Assembly (NCBI GenBank): GCA_008632985.1
Contig: QPGO01000252.1
Coordinates: 1 to 64,000 of the forward strand
Direction of reading: 5' to 3'
Length of the DNA: 64,000 bases
Source: Psammoneis japonica
Taxonomy: Eukaryota
Below are positions 1 to 13,100 of the stretch, piece after piece (the stretch's first letter is position 1; each line of letters opens with the position of its first letter). The notes under the pieces are model-generated. The model was not told where the DNA came from. It searched no databases and saw nothing but the letters and a program-made list of their open reading frames with translations. The translations under genes were made by a program, and so were the position numbers.

Positions 1-1324
1 TTTCTCTCTCTTGTTGATGTTGTTCATGCCTGCTGCAGCAAGAGTGATGTCATGATTTCAGAAACATTTGAACAGCCTGTTTTGCTCTGGGTCTTTTCTG
101 AATCTGTGTTTTTGCCTCAAAGCTCTGCACCAGAGCAGCTGCTGGCCTGCTCTCCTTCTTCTGCAATTCTGCACACCCACAGCTTTTTGTTGAAAAGTGC
201 GCACATTTCTTCCACACCTTCTCCCTAGCCACAGGCTCCAATTGCATGTGAAATCACCTGGTTCAGTAAACAGGGTTTGTCAAAATCACTTTTTGTGTTG
301 CTGCCAGGCATTTTTGAATTTTGCTGGCTGTGTGGTGGGCATGAGCAATGACATTGTGCACCACATCGTCAAGAGAGGGGGGGGGGGGGGTTGATGGAAG
401 ACAGAGTGGTGCAAGGGGCATGGAAATGAGTCATGCAGGTGGGGGGTTGGCAGATGGGACAGTCAGCTTGGAGTCAACTTTGTGGCAGTGATTGGAGAGC
501 TGGGCAGCTGATGCATTGAGGCTTTGCAAGCCCCGTTGGGAGGGAGCAGCCATGTGATGAGTGGCTCCAAAGAAGAAAAAGAAGGAAACTGAGGTGAGTG
601 AAGAGCATGGGAGCATGATGAGGTGAGTGCAGAAGGGTGCTGAGAAAGGAGGTTGTGGTGACCCAAGGGGATTCACGAGGTGAGGGTGGGGTGGGGTGTT
701 CATTTGGAGATGCAAAAAGCATCCAAGGGTGCCAAGGTGACCAATGGCAAAGGAGACAACATTGATTCCAGCATGGTTGAGGCACAGCTGGTAAAAGCAG
801 AGCCAGTTGGGAGTCATGATTCTCTCATGAAACTTCTGCTGGTGCTCTCATTGTGTGCCTTGGTTGATGGACTTTTGGCAGGGCAGGCAAGCCAGGAGGA
901 GGGAGAGGAGGAGGTTTGGGGATCATGATGTCAATCGCCATCACTCTTGACTGTCATTAACATGCAGCGCAACATTGATGAAAGAAAGAAATGAGCTTGC
1001 TGCGCCTCGAATGGTGCTTGTAGGCTTGTTCAAGGTCTCTGTGGGATTTTGTAAAGCTGCCACACGACTTTTTGGGTTGCAGCCATGTCATGGGAGACGG
1101 CACCACACATCTGCTTTGTGCCACATCCTCTGGCTTCTACCATTTCTAACTGTAGGTTGCAGAACATGTTGTAACACTTCATTGTCAAGGGATATAATAT
1201 CATGCTGTTTGTGTGTTAGAGGCTATAGTTTCTACTGCATTCACTACATGGTCAATGAGTGCCGTATCATCACTGTTTCGGCATGTACCATGGCGCTACA
1301 TTTTCGAACAGCTCTAGTCCATCA

Positions 1325-2491
1325 CTATAAAATTGAGTCATGCCAGCTTTCAATGTCGGGGCACAGTCTCAAGGCCTTCTGATGGTTTCGAATAGCCTCA
1401 GGGATATCTCCTCTTTCCTCAGCTTTTCCGGCTTCAAGTACGAACGGAATCGCATCCATGAGGCCATCAGATAGATCAGTCTCACCGATTTTTTCATTGT
1501 CCCCATCATCCAGACAGTTCACATCCCTTCCGAGTGGGGATAGGGAATGAGGGAACCGCTGCCCATCAATTCCAAGAGCTTTCATTACAATCTTTTTTCG
1601 TCGCAAGAATTCCTTTCGTTCTTGAACACGCGAATCTGATTTCACCTCCATCATGCAATAGTGTACAATACGGTGATCCTTATGGTGTGTATTGGGGAAG
1701 TTTTGGTGTGGCAGACGGCTATCCCAAATAATCATGGACCCCGCCGGAGCTAGGACTCTGACAACTTGTTGTTGACACGGGTCATCAAGAGGAATGGGAA
1801 ATGGTTGGTTCACGCCATAGCCTTCATCCAGAACAGATCCAGATGCTGAGACTAATGATCCCAATGGGTGATCTTGTCCCCATTTCAAGAACCTGTGGTG
1901 AAAGCCAGGGACGCAAGCAAAGCCACCCGAGGCCGCCGTGTTGTCGGTCAAACACACAATGGCCTGGAGCCGCACAAAGTCAGGTTCCACCCATGGATTC
2001 TGATCCCAGTGCAACCAACTCTCTCTTGTTCTCCATTCAGGATGTTCCGCTGTCGGTCGCATTATGCCCCATCTTCCAAAACTAGAGCACATAATGTCGT
2101 CTCGCCCATACAAAAGTCGTTGGAGCTTAACAATTCTTGGGTGTGATGCCAAATCCCAAGATGCGGCATCCTGAAATACATCCGACGAACCCAAGAAATT
2201 GATTCCTCCATTTTGTTGAGGCCAATTGCCTTCTCCATCTCCTCGCCATGATTCAGGAACATTCCGATCGATTCCTGGACGGCCAAGCAATCTCGGCGAC
2301 GTCCACAGCTCTTGCAAAAAAGTGGAAATTTCCTCGGGAGTCAAGACGTTTGTCACAACAACGAATCCGTCCTCTTTGAAAGCTTTGACAATGTCCTCGT
2401 CGTTTCCAAATGGAATATGCTTATCGCTATACGTGTGTTCTACCATGTCGTTGGTTTCTGTTTCGCTTCTTGCTGTTGATGCTTCTCTCAT
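1325..2491 (-). CDS. Phytanoyl-CoA dioxygenase (PhyH)-family Fe(II)/2-oxoglutarate dioxygenase with a C-terminal TPR-like helix pair
   Basis: Uninterrupted ORF 1325..2581, first in-frame ATG at 2491 (alternative at 2446). PhyH hallmarks: FKEDGFVVVTNVL, HxD in WLHWDQNP, GGFACVPGFH, AGSMIIWDSRLPH. The C-terminal GKAEERGDIPEAIRNHQKALRLCPD resembles a TPR. Normal TA/CG content. Confidence 0.85.
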   Translation of the reverse strand: MREASTARSETETNDMVEHTYSDKHIPFGNDEDIVKAFKEDGFVVVTNVLTPEEISTFLQELWTSPRLLGRPGIDRNVPESWRGDGEGNWPQQNGGINFLGSSDVFQDAASWDLASHPRIVKLQRLLYGRDDIMCSSFGRWGIMRPTAEHPEWRTRESWLHWDQNPWVEPDFVRLQAIVCLTDNTAASGGFACVPGFHHRFLKWGQDHPLGSLVSASGSVLDEGYGVNQPFPIPLDDPCQQQVVRVLAPAGSMIIWDSRLPHQNFPNTHHKDHRIVHYCMMEVKSDSRVQERKEFLRRKKIVMKALGIDGQRFPHSLSPLGRDVNCLDDGDNEKIGETDLSDGLMDAIPFVLEAGKAEERGDIPEAIRNHQKALRLCPDIESWHDSIL

Positions 2492-4239
2492 CCATTCATT
2501 CCGCGTCTCACGTCTCACCCGCGGATATCCCAGTCGTGCATGATTCTGCGTCCGTTCATCTGTCCCATTAGACGCTTGCACAATTGTTGTTGTTGTTGTT
2601 GCTTTTCTTTTCTGTCATGAGTGGTGATAACATCTGTATTCAAGGCTCACTTCTGATGTACACTCCAAGTGAACAGAGTCAATTACAGCAGAAGAGGGCA
2701 ATGTTCACCACAAGTGCACATTTGCTCCAGCACCCTGGGTGCTGGTCAGAAGGAAGAAGTTTGCCCGACTCTCTCTCTCATGGCCGGCCATTTTGACACA
2801 TTGAGCCCCACACAGGTCCACGCACCCAGTCTTTGTTAGAAACTTCCCACTCAAACATTTACAAAGTCATCAACAGCAGAGATTTGTGACAATGGCCTGC
2901 TTCGTGCAGCATTCTTTGAGTGCACCGCCTTCTGGACACACAGCTGTGCAACAGCCCTGCGTGCTTGCTGCCAGCCGACTTTTTGTTGTGGGTTGCTGAG
3001 ATGAGAATTGCAAAAGTTTTTCAAAAGCTGGCATGAAACAAATGGATGCTCAACACTTTGCCTTGTCAACCCCACTTGGAGTTGCTTTTCCTCACAAGTG
3101 CTGCAGCAAGGCTCTGCACTTCAGGTCTTGGTTGTGCACTCAGTGTCAATGCTGCCTGCTGCTTCAATGGGTTCAGCTGCTCACAAGCTCAGTAAAACAG
3201 TGTGGCAAAAACAATGGGATCAAAGATGCTCACCCTGTCATCAATCAAAGCCCATCCCATCCATCTGACCTGCTGGACAGAGCGGCCAGCTTTTGGCTTG
3301 CTTGTGCTGAAAACAAGTTCACATGCCATCTGGTTGCCATGCAGGCCCTGACAATGTGCAGCTGGTCTGCATGGGAGAGCAGCTTTCACCTCCTGCTCAA
3401 TGATGAAGCTACTCAACTCTGCTCCCTTGGGCTTGCCTCCCACTCTTGCTCCAAAAGTGCTTGATGAGCTGACTGCAGATCATCTCCTTTTGCACTGGCT
3501 TTCTGATCAATCTCTTGGCATCTTCTGATGCATTTGCACTGTTGCAGCAAAATCATGCAGTTCACCCATGGCAGTGTCCAGATGCAAAACTAACTTGAAA
3601 TGTGGAGAGTTGAGGGAAGTGCCACCTTGAAACACCCGCTCCTTGTTGTGGTGTGGGTGGTGTGCACTGGTTCATGCAAAATTGAGACACACAGACAAAA
3701 TGATGAGCTCCCTCTGACACAATTGCCACAACACAATGACAAGAAGGTGCAAAGATGAGGGCAAAAAAGGACCAAACGCAACAGAATTGTCTTCATGCAG
3801 TGATGCTCAGAGTGTTTGGCATGCACAATGTGAAGGAGGGGATAAGAGCAAGAACCCGTGTCAATGCTGACGTCAATGCAGATGCAAGAAGCTAGAGTGT
3901 GAGGCGCGTTAGATGGCCAAGATTGGTTTCTCATTGTTTCTTGAGCAGTGGGAGGATCTGCATAAATTCCACATGACCTGCCTTTCTCATTTGCAAAAAC
4001 ACACCAAACAGGACACACACACATTTCCCATTTTTCACAGTGCATTTCAAAAGATGATCATTGCACCAATGATGAATCATCGCAGCAAGGTCATGAAATT
4101 TTTCAAAGAGCATTGCCATGGCATGAGAGGACATTGCAAAGAACAAGAGAAAGTGAAACAAGGGCAGTGAGAACAAGCTCGGACAAATCATGAGGCAGGT
4201 GCATCATGCAAAACCACTTCTCCCACTCTTCATGCTCCT

Positions 4240-6112
4240 TGCAGAGATGAGAAGAATCAACACAAGGAGGAAGAAAAGTTCATGCACGACCAAGTCATTC
4301 TGCCATCCTTGCCGACAGGTCGTTTTGCACTGGACGACAACATCGCTGATGCATCTGACTTAGAAATTTCATCCTCCAACAAGAGCAACACACTGGATTC
4401 CTTGATTGAACACAGAATTGACATGGAAAATGCAGCACCTTTGAGTTCCACTGCTGGCACCTTTTCAGTCAGACCCAGGGGAGTGGTGATTCTGAGAGCA
4501 GGAAGAGATCTGGACAGCGTGACTTCAATGCCCACAGAATCAGAGACAATTCTTCTGGCCCCATCTGCCTCCCCCCGGCGGCAACATGCGTGACAGCACA
4601 ACCTTGCTTGTTGAAGCTCATTTGGCAGAATTGACAGAGAATGTGGGTGAGGCACAGGCACAAATGTTGTGGCTTGAGAAAGAGAACATGCAGTTTCAGA
4701 ATGTGTTGCCTCTCACAGAGGCAGAAGTGGCCCAACTGGACAAGGATGCAGTGGATCATGACACTGAAGAAGCAAGACATGGAGCAGCGGCCTTCATTGG
4801 GGATGTCTGGGAAAGCACAGTTGCAGATTCATTGTTGCTGTGGTGCCAGTGGCATTGACAATCACTGTGGCTTCAACAGCAATTGTGTTTGGAATTGCCA
4901 GAGGAGATGCCACATCCACAACACCAACCAAGGTTCTGTTGCAGCTGGTTGGCCAAGTCTTGCATGGAAATGCTGCAAATGATCACTTTGGCAGATCCAT
5001 CTCCTTGTCTTGCAACAGAAGGGCCTTGGCAGTGGAAGCATTTGGTTTTGCATCCATCTTTCATTTCAATCAAGCCATCAACACCTGGGCTCACATTGGC
5101 AAAGACTTGGTTGGGACAACAGAAGACGATGGATTTAGCTTTTTGATTTTCTGTTTGTGTCAATGATGATGGCTCAATTCCAGCTGTTGGGGCACCACGG
5201 AATGACACCCTGGGGAGCAGTGCAGGCCAAGTGCAAGTGTTTGAATGCAGCAACTCCACAAAAAGTTGGGTTCAACTTGGGTGCAACATCGTTGGAGAAG
5301 CATCTTTTGAATTGTTTGGATTTTCCGTGTCACTGTCAGAAGTGGGAGACATTTTTGCTGTGGGAGCACTTCTTGGTGACATGGAAAATGGCAAAGATTC
5401 TGGATCAGTTCACTTGCTTCAACGCAATGGCAACACAACCTTGTGGGAACCCCTTGGGCAGCAATTGTTTGGTGATGCTGCTGAGGACGCATTTGGCTGT
5501 TCCGTGTCCCCGAGTTGACAGGGGACAATTGCTGGCATCTGGGCAGATCTAAATGATGCAAAATGAGAAAAGATTCAGGCCAAGTGATTGCACATGAATG
5601 CAACTCTTTGTTGTCAAGGTGGGACTTGTTGGGTGATCAAATCAATGGGCAAGTGGAATTTGGTGAATTTGGGACATCTGTCTGTCTTGATGAGCTTGGT
5701 CATGGCAGTCAGTGCAGCAAAGGCAAGCCCAAGAGTCTTAGTGTGTGAGCATGACCACGCAACATCAAGTTGGGCACAGTGTGGACAAACTCTCTTGTCA
5801 GAGCAGAGTTGGAGTCATTTTGGTGAATCTGTGTCCTTGAGCTCCAAAGGAAATGTCTTGGTCATTGGAAGCAGTGGGCATGACCTCAAGGGAAGAGCAA
5901 AAGCAGGTCAAGTCACAATCTTTCAATGCAACAGCAGTTCATTGAAATGGACTCAACTTGGAGAACCATTCAATGGCAAGGCTGAGCCACATTGGTTTGG
6001 TTCGTCAGTGTCCTTGTCAGCTGATGGAAGCATCATTGGAGCAGGTGTGACTCAAGTCTTTGGCAATGAGGGCAAAGGTTCCGTGTGCACATTCTTTGCA
6101 CATTCTGTCTAA
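4240..6112 (+). pseudogene. Decayed host-type membrane protein gene with FG-GAP/integrin-alpha-like beta-propeller repeats
   Basis: Repeats spread over several frames: VGQVLHGNAANDHFGRSISLS, LFGFSVSLSEVGDIFAVGA, HFGESVSLSSKGNVLVIGSSG, WFGSSVSLSADGSIIGAG. A TM-like segment (VPVALTITVASTAIVFGIA) lies upstream. Multiple frameshifts; Tyr expected in these repeats reads Cys or His (VFECSN, AHECNS, VCEHDH, IFQCNS). 5' boundary approximate. Confidence 0.8.
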
Positions 6113-6777
6113 ACTCACAAAGTTATGATGCTTTTGCCTTGGGGCTAAAATGTCAAATGGCATGGCTTCAATTCTTCATCTTGTGAACATGTGATTGTTG
6201 CCTTCATCTTCAAAATTTGCTGCAGCACTTGTTGTCCCATGGGCATTGTAGCTTGCCTCATTCTTTCCTGAACTTAGCAGCAACAACAACAGCATCAGCA
6301 GACCATCATGAGATGGTCAACCAATTTCACATTTGACCATGCACAGCACATTGAAGATGAGTCACAGAGCAGCCTCTGATTCTCTCATGGCATCACCACA
6401 ACCTGACTGACATGAGTTGTAAAATGAGTGACTTGAAAGGAACATGTAAAATCACAAAGTGTTGATGTTTTTGCCTTGGCTAAAATGTCAAATGACATGG
6501 CTTAAAATGCAAAATTCCTCTCAGTCTCACAGTGTGAACATGTGATTGTTGCTGTCATCTTCAAATTTTGCTGCCACACTTGCCATCCCATGGGTGTTGT
6601 GGCTCACCTCATTCTTTCCTGTTCCAGCAGCAGCAACAACAGTGTCAGCCAATTTCACACTTGGCAGCTGGCACAGCACATTCTTGAATGTGAGTCACAG
6701 AACAGTCTAAATTTCCCTGATGGCATGACCACAATCTGTCCAAAATGAGTTGTGAAATGTGAGTTGCTTGAAAGGAA
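6111..6777. repeat. Diverged tandem duplication, ~337 bp unit x2
   Basis: 6111-6447 aligns with 6448-6777 (shared gccttgg..ctaaaatgtcaaatg, gtgaacatgtgattgttgc, cctcattctttcctg, cttgaaaggaa). Differences include gggCAttgTAgctTG vs gggTGttgTGgctCA. Confidence 0.85.
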
Positions 6778-9374
6778 GACGAGGCCAACAGGGGAAAAGA
6801 TGCCACAGAGTCATGAAAGATGCAAAAAAGCTTTGGTTGACAGGTGCCATTGTCAGTCCCTTCCCAGTGTGCAACAACACCCATGAATGTGACATTGTTC
6901 AGGCATGTGAGTCAACAAACAAATGCAGCATTTGTGCTTTCTGCATCTGTTGCCAAGAGTTTTGCCCTTCTTGCAAGAGTTCCACCCATGGCAACATCAT
7001 TCTGCCTTTGCTTGGCAAGTCTGCACAAAGTTGAGGTGCATCTGGGAAGTGTTGTCAAGCCATTTTGGCACAGCTGTGCCAACAAGGTGCTTTCAAATTG
7101 CACATGCTGTCTCACTCTCTTGACAATCATGGTGGCCAAATGAAGAACATTTGTAGACCAAGTGTTGTTCGGCCATGCTTTCGGTGCCATTTTGATGTCA
7201 GCCAAGCTGTTCACATGAGAGCCAATGGCCAGGGAAGGAGGTGGCAGGGTGGTGGGTGGGTGTGATGGATCGATGGGGTGGGGTGAGGCAGCAGGCAGCA
7301 CAAAAAGGATGTTGTGAAACACAAATGATGGGAAGCAGGTGAGCATTGGCTGAAGCTGTGGCATGCCCTGGGGAGGCCACTTTTTGAGTTTGGCACATTT
7401 TGGTGTGTGGTGGTTCTTCATTGGAAGGGGGGGGGGATGAAAGTGAAAATGACCCATTGCAAAGGAGACACAGCAAGACACCCACAGTCAACACAGTTTT
7501 TGTTGTCAGAGAAAATGAAATTGTTGGCATTCTTCAAGGGCAGAATCAAGGAGGTTGGTGCAAATTGTGAATTTTGTGAGAGGGAACAAGTTTGAGTGAT
7601 GTGAGTTGTGCACGTCAAAGGTGGCATCAAATTGCAATGGCCCACATGTGCTGAAAGCAACACAAGCAATGAAGTGCTGGCCAAATGAAAGGAGATGTCT
7701 GAAAAAGAGAAAGAGAGAGAAGAGAGGAGGAAGGAGATGGGCACTGAAGAGGTTGTTGAGTTGAGAAAGCAAAGGAAGAAAACCAGGGAAAAGGGGGAGT
7801 GAGAAATGTGCTGCATCAGCCACACATCCTGTGGCTGCTCTGATTTTGCTTTGGCCATCTGAAAATTGAACAACAGAAGCAAATTGCAAAATCATGTTTG
7901 CAGAGAATGGCTGTCACAATCCCGTGGCATTTGGAAGAGTGTCAGCACAGTGCCCAAGCAAGGCAGCAAACAATGTGAGACAAGCAACAGTGCTGGTTCA
8001 CAGTTGAGGCAATGAAAAAAAGGCTGAAAACAGAAAATCAGAAAAGAAGGAAGACAAAAGGCATGAAACAGGGTTTTGACTTGAAAAATCTTGTGGCTCC
8101 CATGATTGGAAAGGATGATTGACGCACACCCGGAGACATCAAAAATTGTTTGATGATGCAACCATGTGGAGTTGAGGATGGAGCAAAGAAATGTGCAGTG
8201 TGCTGTGATGGCATCAAAGTGAAGCAAAAGATGGAAAAGGGAATGCCCAGCAGTTGGCACATTTGACTTTGTTGACTCTGGCTGGTGAAGAAGATGTGGA
8301 CAGTAGCCACAAAAAAGGAAGCTGAGAAAGAAGAAGGGGGTGGCAGAAGAAAAAATGCAAAAGGAGAAATGTTTGCTTTGACAAAAGGAAAAATTGGTGG
8401 GAGAAAATGGCCAATGTTGTTGAAGCTGACAGATTTTGGAAGTGACATTTCAGTGGGCTTTGGTGGTGTTTGATCCAAAGGTTCTTGGTGGCAACAGTGT
8501 GGGGTTGTTGCAACACTTGAAAGCTCTTTCTTGCACAAGCTTTGCCAGCACAGAAAGCTGCTGCAGAAGAAAGAAAAGATGCTGATGCCAGCTAGAAACA
8601 CAAAAAAACAAGGCCAACAGGAAGGAGCAACAAGAAACAATCTGAGAAAAAACAACAAAAAGTTGTTTGTGGCCATCATGGGACAAAAATGGCAGAGGCA
8701 ACAATGAAAAGAAGAGAGAAAAGAGACGGCTTGTTCTGTGAGAATGTGCTGAAGTTTGGGGTGTGTCATGTGCACACTGCATGGACAAGAATGTTGATGC
8801 AAGAGAGACAAGGGCAAAGAGATGGCAATGGCAAGTGACAAAGCCATGTGCTTGTTTGTCCTTGAGAGAGCTGCTGGTGGTGCACCACATGGAACTTCAA
8901 GTGACTGCAAATGAAGAGCAGCCCAAGGGCCAAAAACAGGCAAAAAACCAAGAGAGGCAAGTGCCAGCACCTGTCCACACATGAATCCAAAAAGACACAG
9001 AAAATCACGGAAAGATGAGTGTGCATCAAGAGGCTCAAAAATTTGCCAGGCGGCAATCAAGCATGGCAAAAGAGATGGCACATGAAGTTGCTTTTGACAA
9101 GACATTTGCAGAGCAGAAGAGGAGGAGTGCAAGTGTGCCACAAAGCTTGACAAAAACAAAAAAGACAAAGCATGACTCCAGTGGCAGCACTGACAAGGGC
9201 AGAGATTGAGGTGCTTGCATCAGATGAGGAAAATGAAAATGGCAGCCAGTTGGAAGGCAACAGTGTCAGCACACAAAAACAACACAACAAAGTGAAAGTG
9301 AAGGTTGGGATTGGTCTGACACCAGTGGCACACAGTTGAGACATTCCACTGGCACAAAAGTGCACAATGTCACA

Positions 9375-9861
9375 TTGCTGCAACACTTGGATCAATGCAT
9401 TGTTGCTTGAAATCAAATGGGCTGCACATGAGCTCCAGCTCTGGGTGGAGCTGTGCAGTGGGGGGCTGCAACATTTCACATTTTTGATGCCTCACACACT
9501 GCGCAAAACCCACGCACACACTCTTGCATGACTTTGGACTCATTTTGTGTGCCAGCCAATGTTGCAGGCTGTTTGGCATCCACTGATTCTGACAAATTTG
9601 TCATTTGCACACAGATGCTGACTGTTTCAGGGAAAATCCTGAGCCATGGGAGCTGTTGCTTGGCAACACGCAGCTGTCAGAGGAGGTGCAAATGTGCCAA
9701 CTCAACACATGATGTGATGATGTCATTGCACATTGCACCCACCTGCATCCCATCGCAGCACTTGCAAAGGGGTGCATTGGAGCTCATTTGTGGTGGTGGA
9801 TTTTGGTGAGTTCTTGCCACACCACAATGGCTGCAGAAAACCTTGTGTTGACTTTCTGGGC
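9375..9861. repeat. Copy of a dispersed ~1 kb repeat family, interrupted by the Copia insertion (continues at 15525-15690)
   Basis: 9375-9577 aligns with 20527-20726. 9773-9861 joined to 15525-15690 aligns with 21240-21470. Confidence 0.75.
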
Positions 9862-10150
9862 TGTCAGAGAGCAAGAAGCTCATGGGGCTCTCAACACAAA
9901 TCACAAGACTCAAGTTGATTCTGCAAAAAGGAAAGAAATGATGATCAACTGACAAGTGTCATTTGACAAGTGCAATGATTCAAGTTTGGCAAGTGTCAAT
10001 TTGGGTGAGAATGAAAAGAGAGATGCAAGCAAAATTGGTGGTTTGTGATGCAGAAACAGCAAGAAAAGTGAGTGAAAAAAATTTCCAGATGTTTTCACAT
10101 GCTGTCTGCAGGTCACAGGCAGTGTCAGTCAGTTGTTGGATTGTCCAACA
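9862..10150 (+). repeat. 5' LTR
   Basis: tgtcagagagcaagaagct ... ttgtccaaca, colinear with 15223-15524. Confidence 0.9.
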
Positions 10151-13100
10151 TGACACATGTTGATGCTTTGGGGCAACAATCTACCTGAGATAGAGCAAGA
10201 AACCATGTCTGAAGAAGTGATGAAGGAATCCACTTTGCTGTGGAGCACAAGAGAGTGGATTTTGAGATTTTTGCAATGAAACTGGAGGCATTCAAGAGCA
10301 AGCAAGGCTGCAAGGAAGCAACAGTGATTGATGTTGGTGACAAGCTCATCAAGAAGACAGAGAAAAGGAAGACAAGAAAATCTGCAAGCTGAGCACAAAG
10401 TCCTGCAGCAAGATCATGAAGGCAATGCCAGACAGCTGGGTTCAGGTGGCTGAGAATGCTGGTGGAGAGCACCAGTCTGCTTTCAAGACAAAGGAATGGT
10501 TTTGAGGGAATGTCACTTGGAACAGGTCAAGACCAATGATTGTCAAGCTTTGAATGCAAGCATGAAAGATCTGGATCCAGGGAACTTCTAAGATGTCCTC
10601 ATGTTGCATCTTGGCAAGTTGGGAGACATCAATGTGAAGTGGGGAGCAATCAAGCCAGAGTGCAAGAACAACAAATTACAGCAGTTGAAGACTGAGATCC
10701 TGTTGAAGATCCCAAGGGATGATGACAACCAAAAGTCATTCAAAGGTGAGTTCTGGAAGGAGAAGGCCATGGAAGCCACTTTGTGTCAGGCAGCACTGTG
10801 ACAGAGAGTGAAAACAGTGTGGGCCTTTAGGAGGTTTCAAAGGTGCCAAGGAAGGCATGCACAAGATGCTTGTGAGATGCAGGCACCAGAGAGTGTGGCA
10901 AGATGGGTTGCAAAGCCAAGTTCTGCACCAACAAGAACAATGACAAGTTCAAGTCCAAGAAGTTCAGTGGTGATTGCAGTTTTTGTGGCAAGTGGGGGCA
11001 CAAGGAGAAGGATTGCTTCAAGAAGAAGAAGCAAAATGGTGACAAGAATGTGGAAGAATCAAACAAGGGAATCCTTGGAGCATTTGTGGAATCTGCAAGT
11101 GAGGTTGAGGAGTGGCAAGACAACACCCCTTCTTCCTTCTTTGATGACTGGTTTTCCAATTCTCAAGTTAGAACAATGATGGGCAGACACCCACTCCAGT
11201 GATGAGACCAACAAGTGTGCATGGCTTGTGCACTGTTGTGGCATGAGTGGAACAAAATGCCAGACAATGAGTCCAATGATGACACAAGTGTGCCAGGAGA
11301 AGTTGACATCACCACATTGTTGGTCAACATCATGAGTGATGAGGACAAAGATGACAGAGGTGGCACGCCAGAGCTGGAACCTTCAGACAGTCATCATGAT
11401 GCAGACTCTGATGATGGCAGTGACAGAGAGACTTTGCCAGAGCTGTCATGTCATGAAAAATCAAATGACAGTGATGATGAAGACAATCTTTCAGGTGTGT
11501 TTTCTCTTTCATGAGACATCAATGGAGACAATGACACAATCCCTGAAGTTGCTCCTCATGTGCTGAAGTTGTGGTGTGATGCAACTGCTTGTGATGGCAT
11601 TGATGATGACACACAGAGTTGTGACTTCAAGGGGTTGAGGCAGCAAAAAGTGTCAAGAGCAGTGGAGACAAGAAACAGCTTGATGCACTCTGTCATCTGT
11701 TCCAAGCAAAGACAATTGAAGCATTCCAGATTTGATGCCTGGATGCTGTGACAGTGATTTAGATGACAAGGATTCTGTTGTGGCTGACCTGATTCATTTG
11801 AATGGAGTGATGATGAACAAGTTGAGTGGCAATGCAGCAAAACTGTCGCTGGACTCTGGGTCCACAGCTCACACCAAGTGTTCATCAAAAGGCATGAGGA
11901 ACTTTCAAGAGGTGAGTGAGGTCATGAAGGATGCCCACAAGGGCACTTCTGTGGCTAGACTGCAGGGAGAGTTCTCTTTTATGAGGAAAGACTGGGGCAA
12001 GACAGTGGCGACAATGGAGGTTTATGTCCAACCAAACTTCTCCCACAACATTGTGAGTCTCACTGAGTTTTTTGAGAAGGGCTGTCACTTGAGTTCTAAG
12101 ATGGGCCCAAAGAAAGCAATTGGTTTGGTTTGACCAGGTGGCACCAAGTCACTTTTTGAAAAATCCACAAAAGATGGACCACACTGCATGGAAGTTGAAG
12201 AGGTGATGTGTTGTGATGGAGAAGTGGCCACACAGCTCTCCACAGACAAGAAAAAACCATCTGAGAACAATGTCCACGTGAATTGCATGCACTTTCTTCT
12301 TGTGCGTGAGCCACATGGGGAAGACCACAACAAAGAGAAAATGTCAGTGGGTTTTGGCTGGAAGTTGACCAGAATGCCTGCTGTGCACTAGTTTTCTGTG
12401 TGAAGGCAAAGGTTGCTGCAAAGAAAACAGTCAAGCCAAGTGCCAAAAAGGCAAAAAGGCCTGGACAACACTTGCATTTGGGTGCATCAGGCCTGCACAA
12501 GGCAACTTGGGGAGGAATTGCTGTCATGTGATGCTGGCTGATCAGTGCACTGACAGGCTTTGGTTGTTCTTCAAACCACCAAAGCAGGCCAATTTTGCCA
12601 AGGATGTCATTGAGTTGAAGGGGAAAGGTTTCACTGTTGAACACTTGGGCTTGGACAATGCACCCAAGTGGGTGGCATTGGAGCCAATTTGCGGTGAGTT
12701 GGGCATCATGATGGAGTGTGCTGCTGGACCACATGCACCACAGTTCAATGCAGCTGTCAAAAGAGCTTTTGCAGTGGTTCAAAACATGGCCTCTGCTGCC
12801 TTGAAAGGAGCCAGCATGACTGAGGCTGATCAAGCTTTACAGTGGGCAAATCCTGTTCAAGATTGCATGCATGTGTGCAACCTGGTCCCACAAGAAGACT
12901 GAGGCAATGCATGCAAACCTTTTTGGGGAAGAGTCTCCTGTTGAGCCAGAAGATTCAATTGCATTTGGGGGGACAAGGGCTGGATGATGAAGCAAAATGA
13001 GATCAAGGCCAAGTCCAAGACAAGGCTGAGGAAGTTTGATGTGCATGACATGCACCTCAGTGCTCAAGCAACACCTGTGTTGTGCTCAAGGCTTTGACAG

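Noticed and set aside
7600..9300. Long ORFs such as 8038..9168 as real genes
   Set aside because: Low-complexity, Tyr-free and without a recognisable domain; expected once TAA and TAG have been erased.
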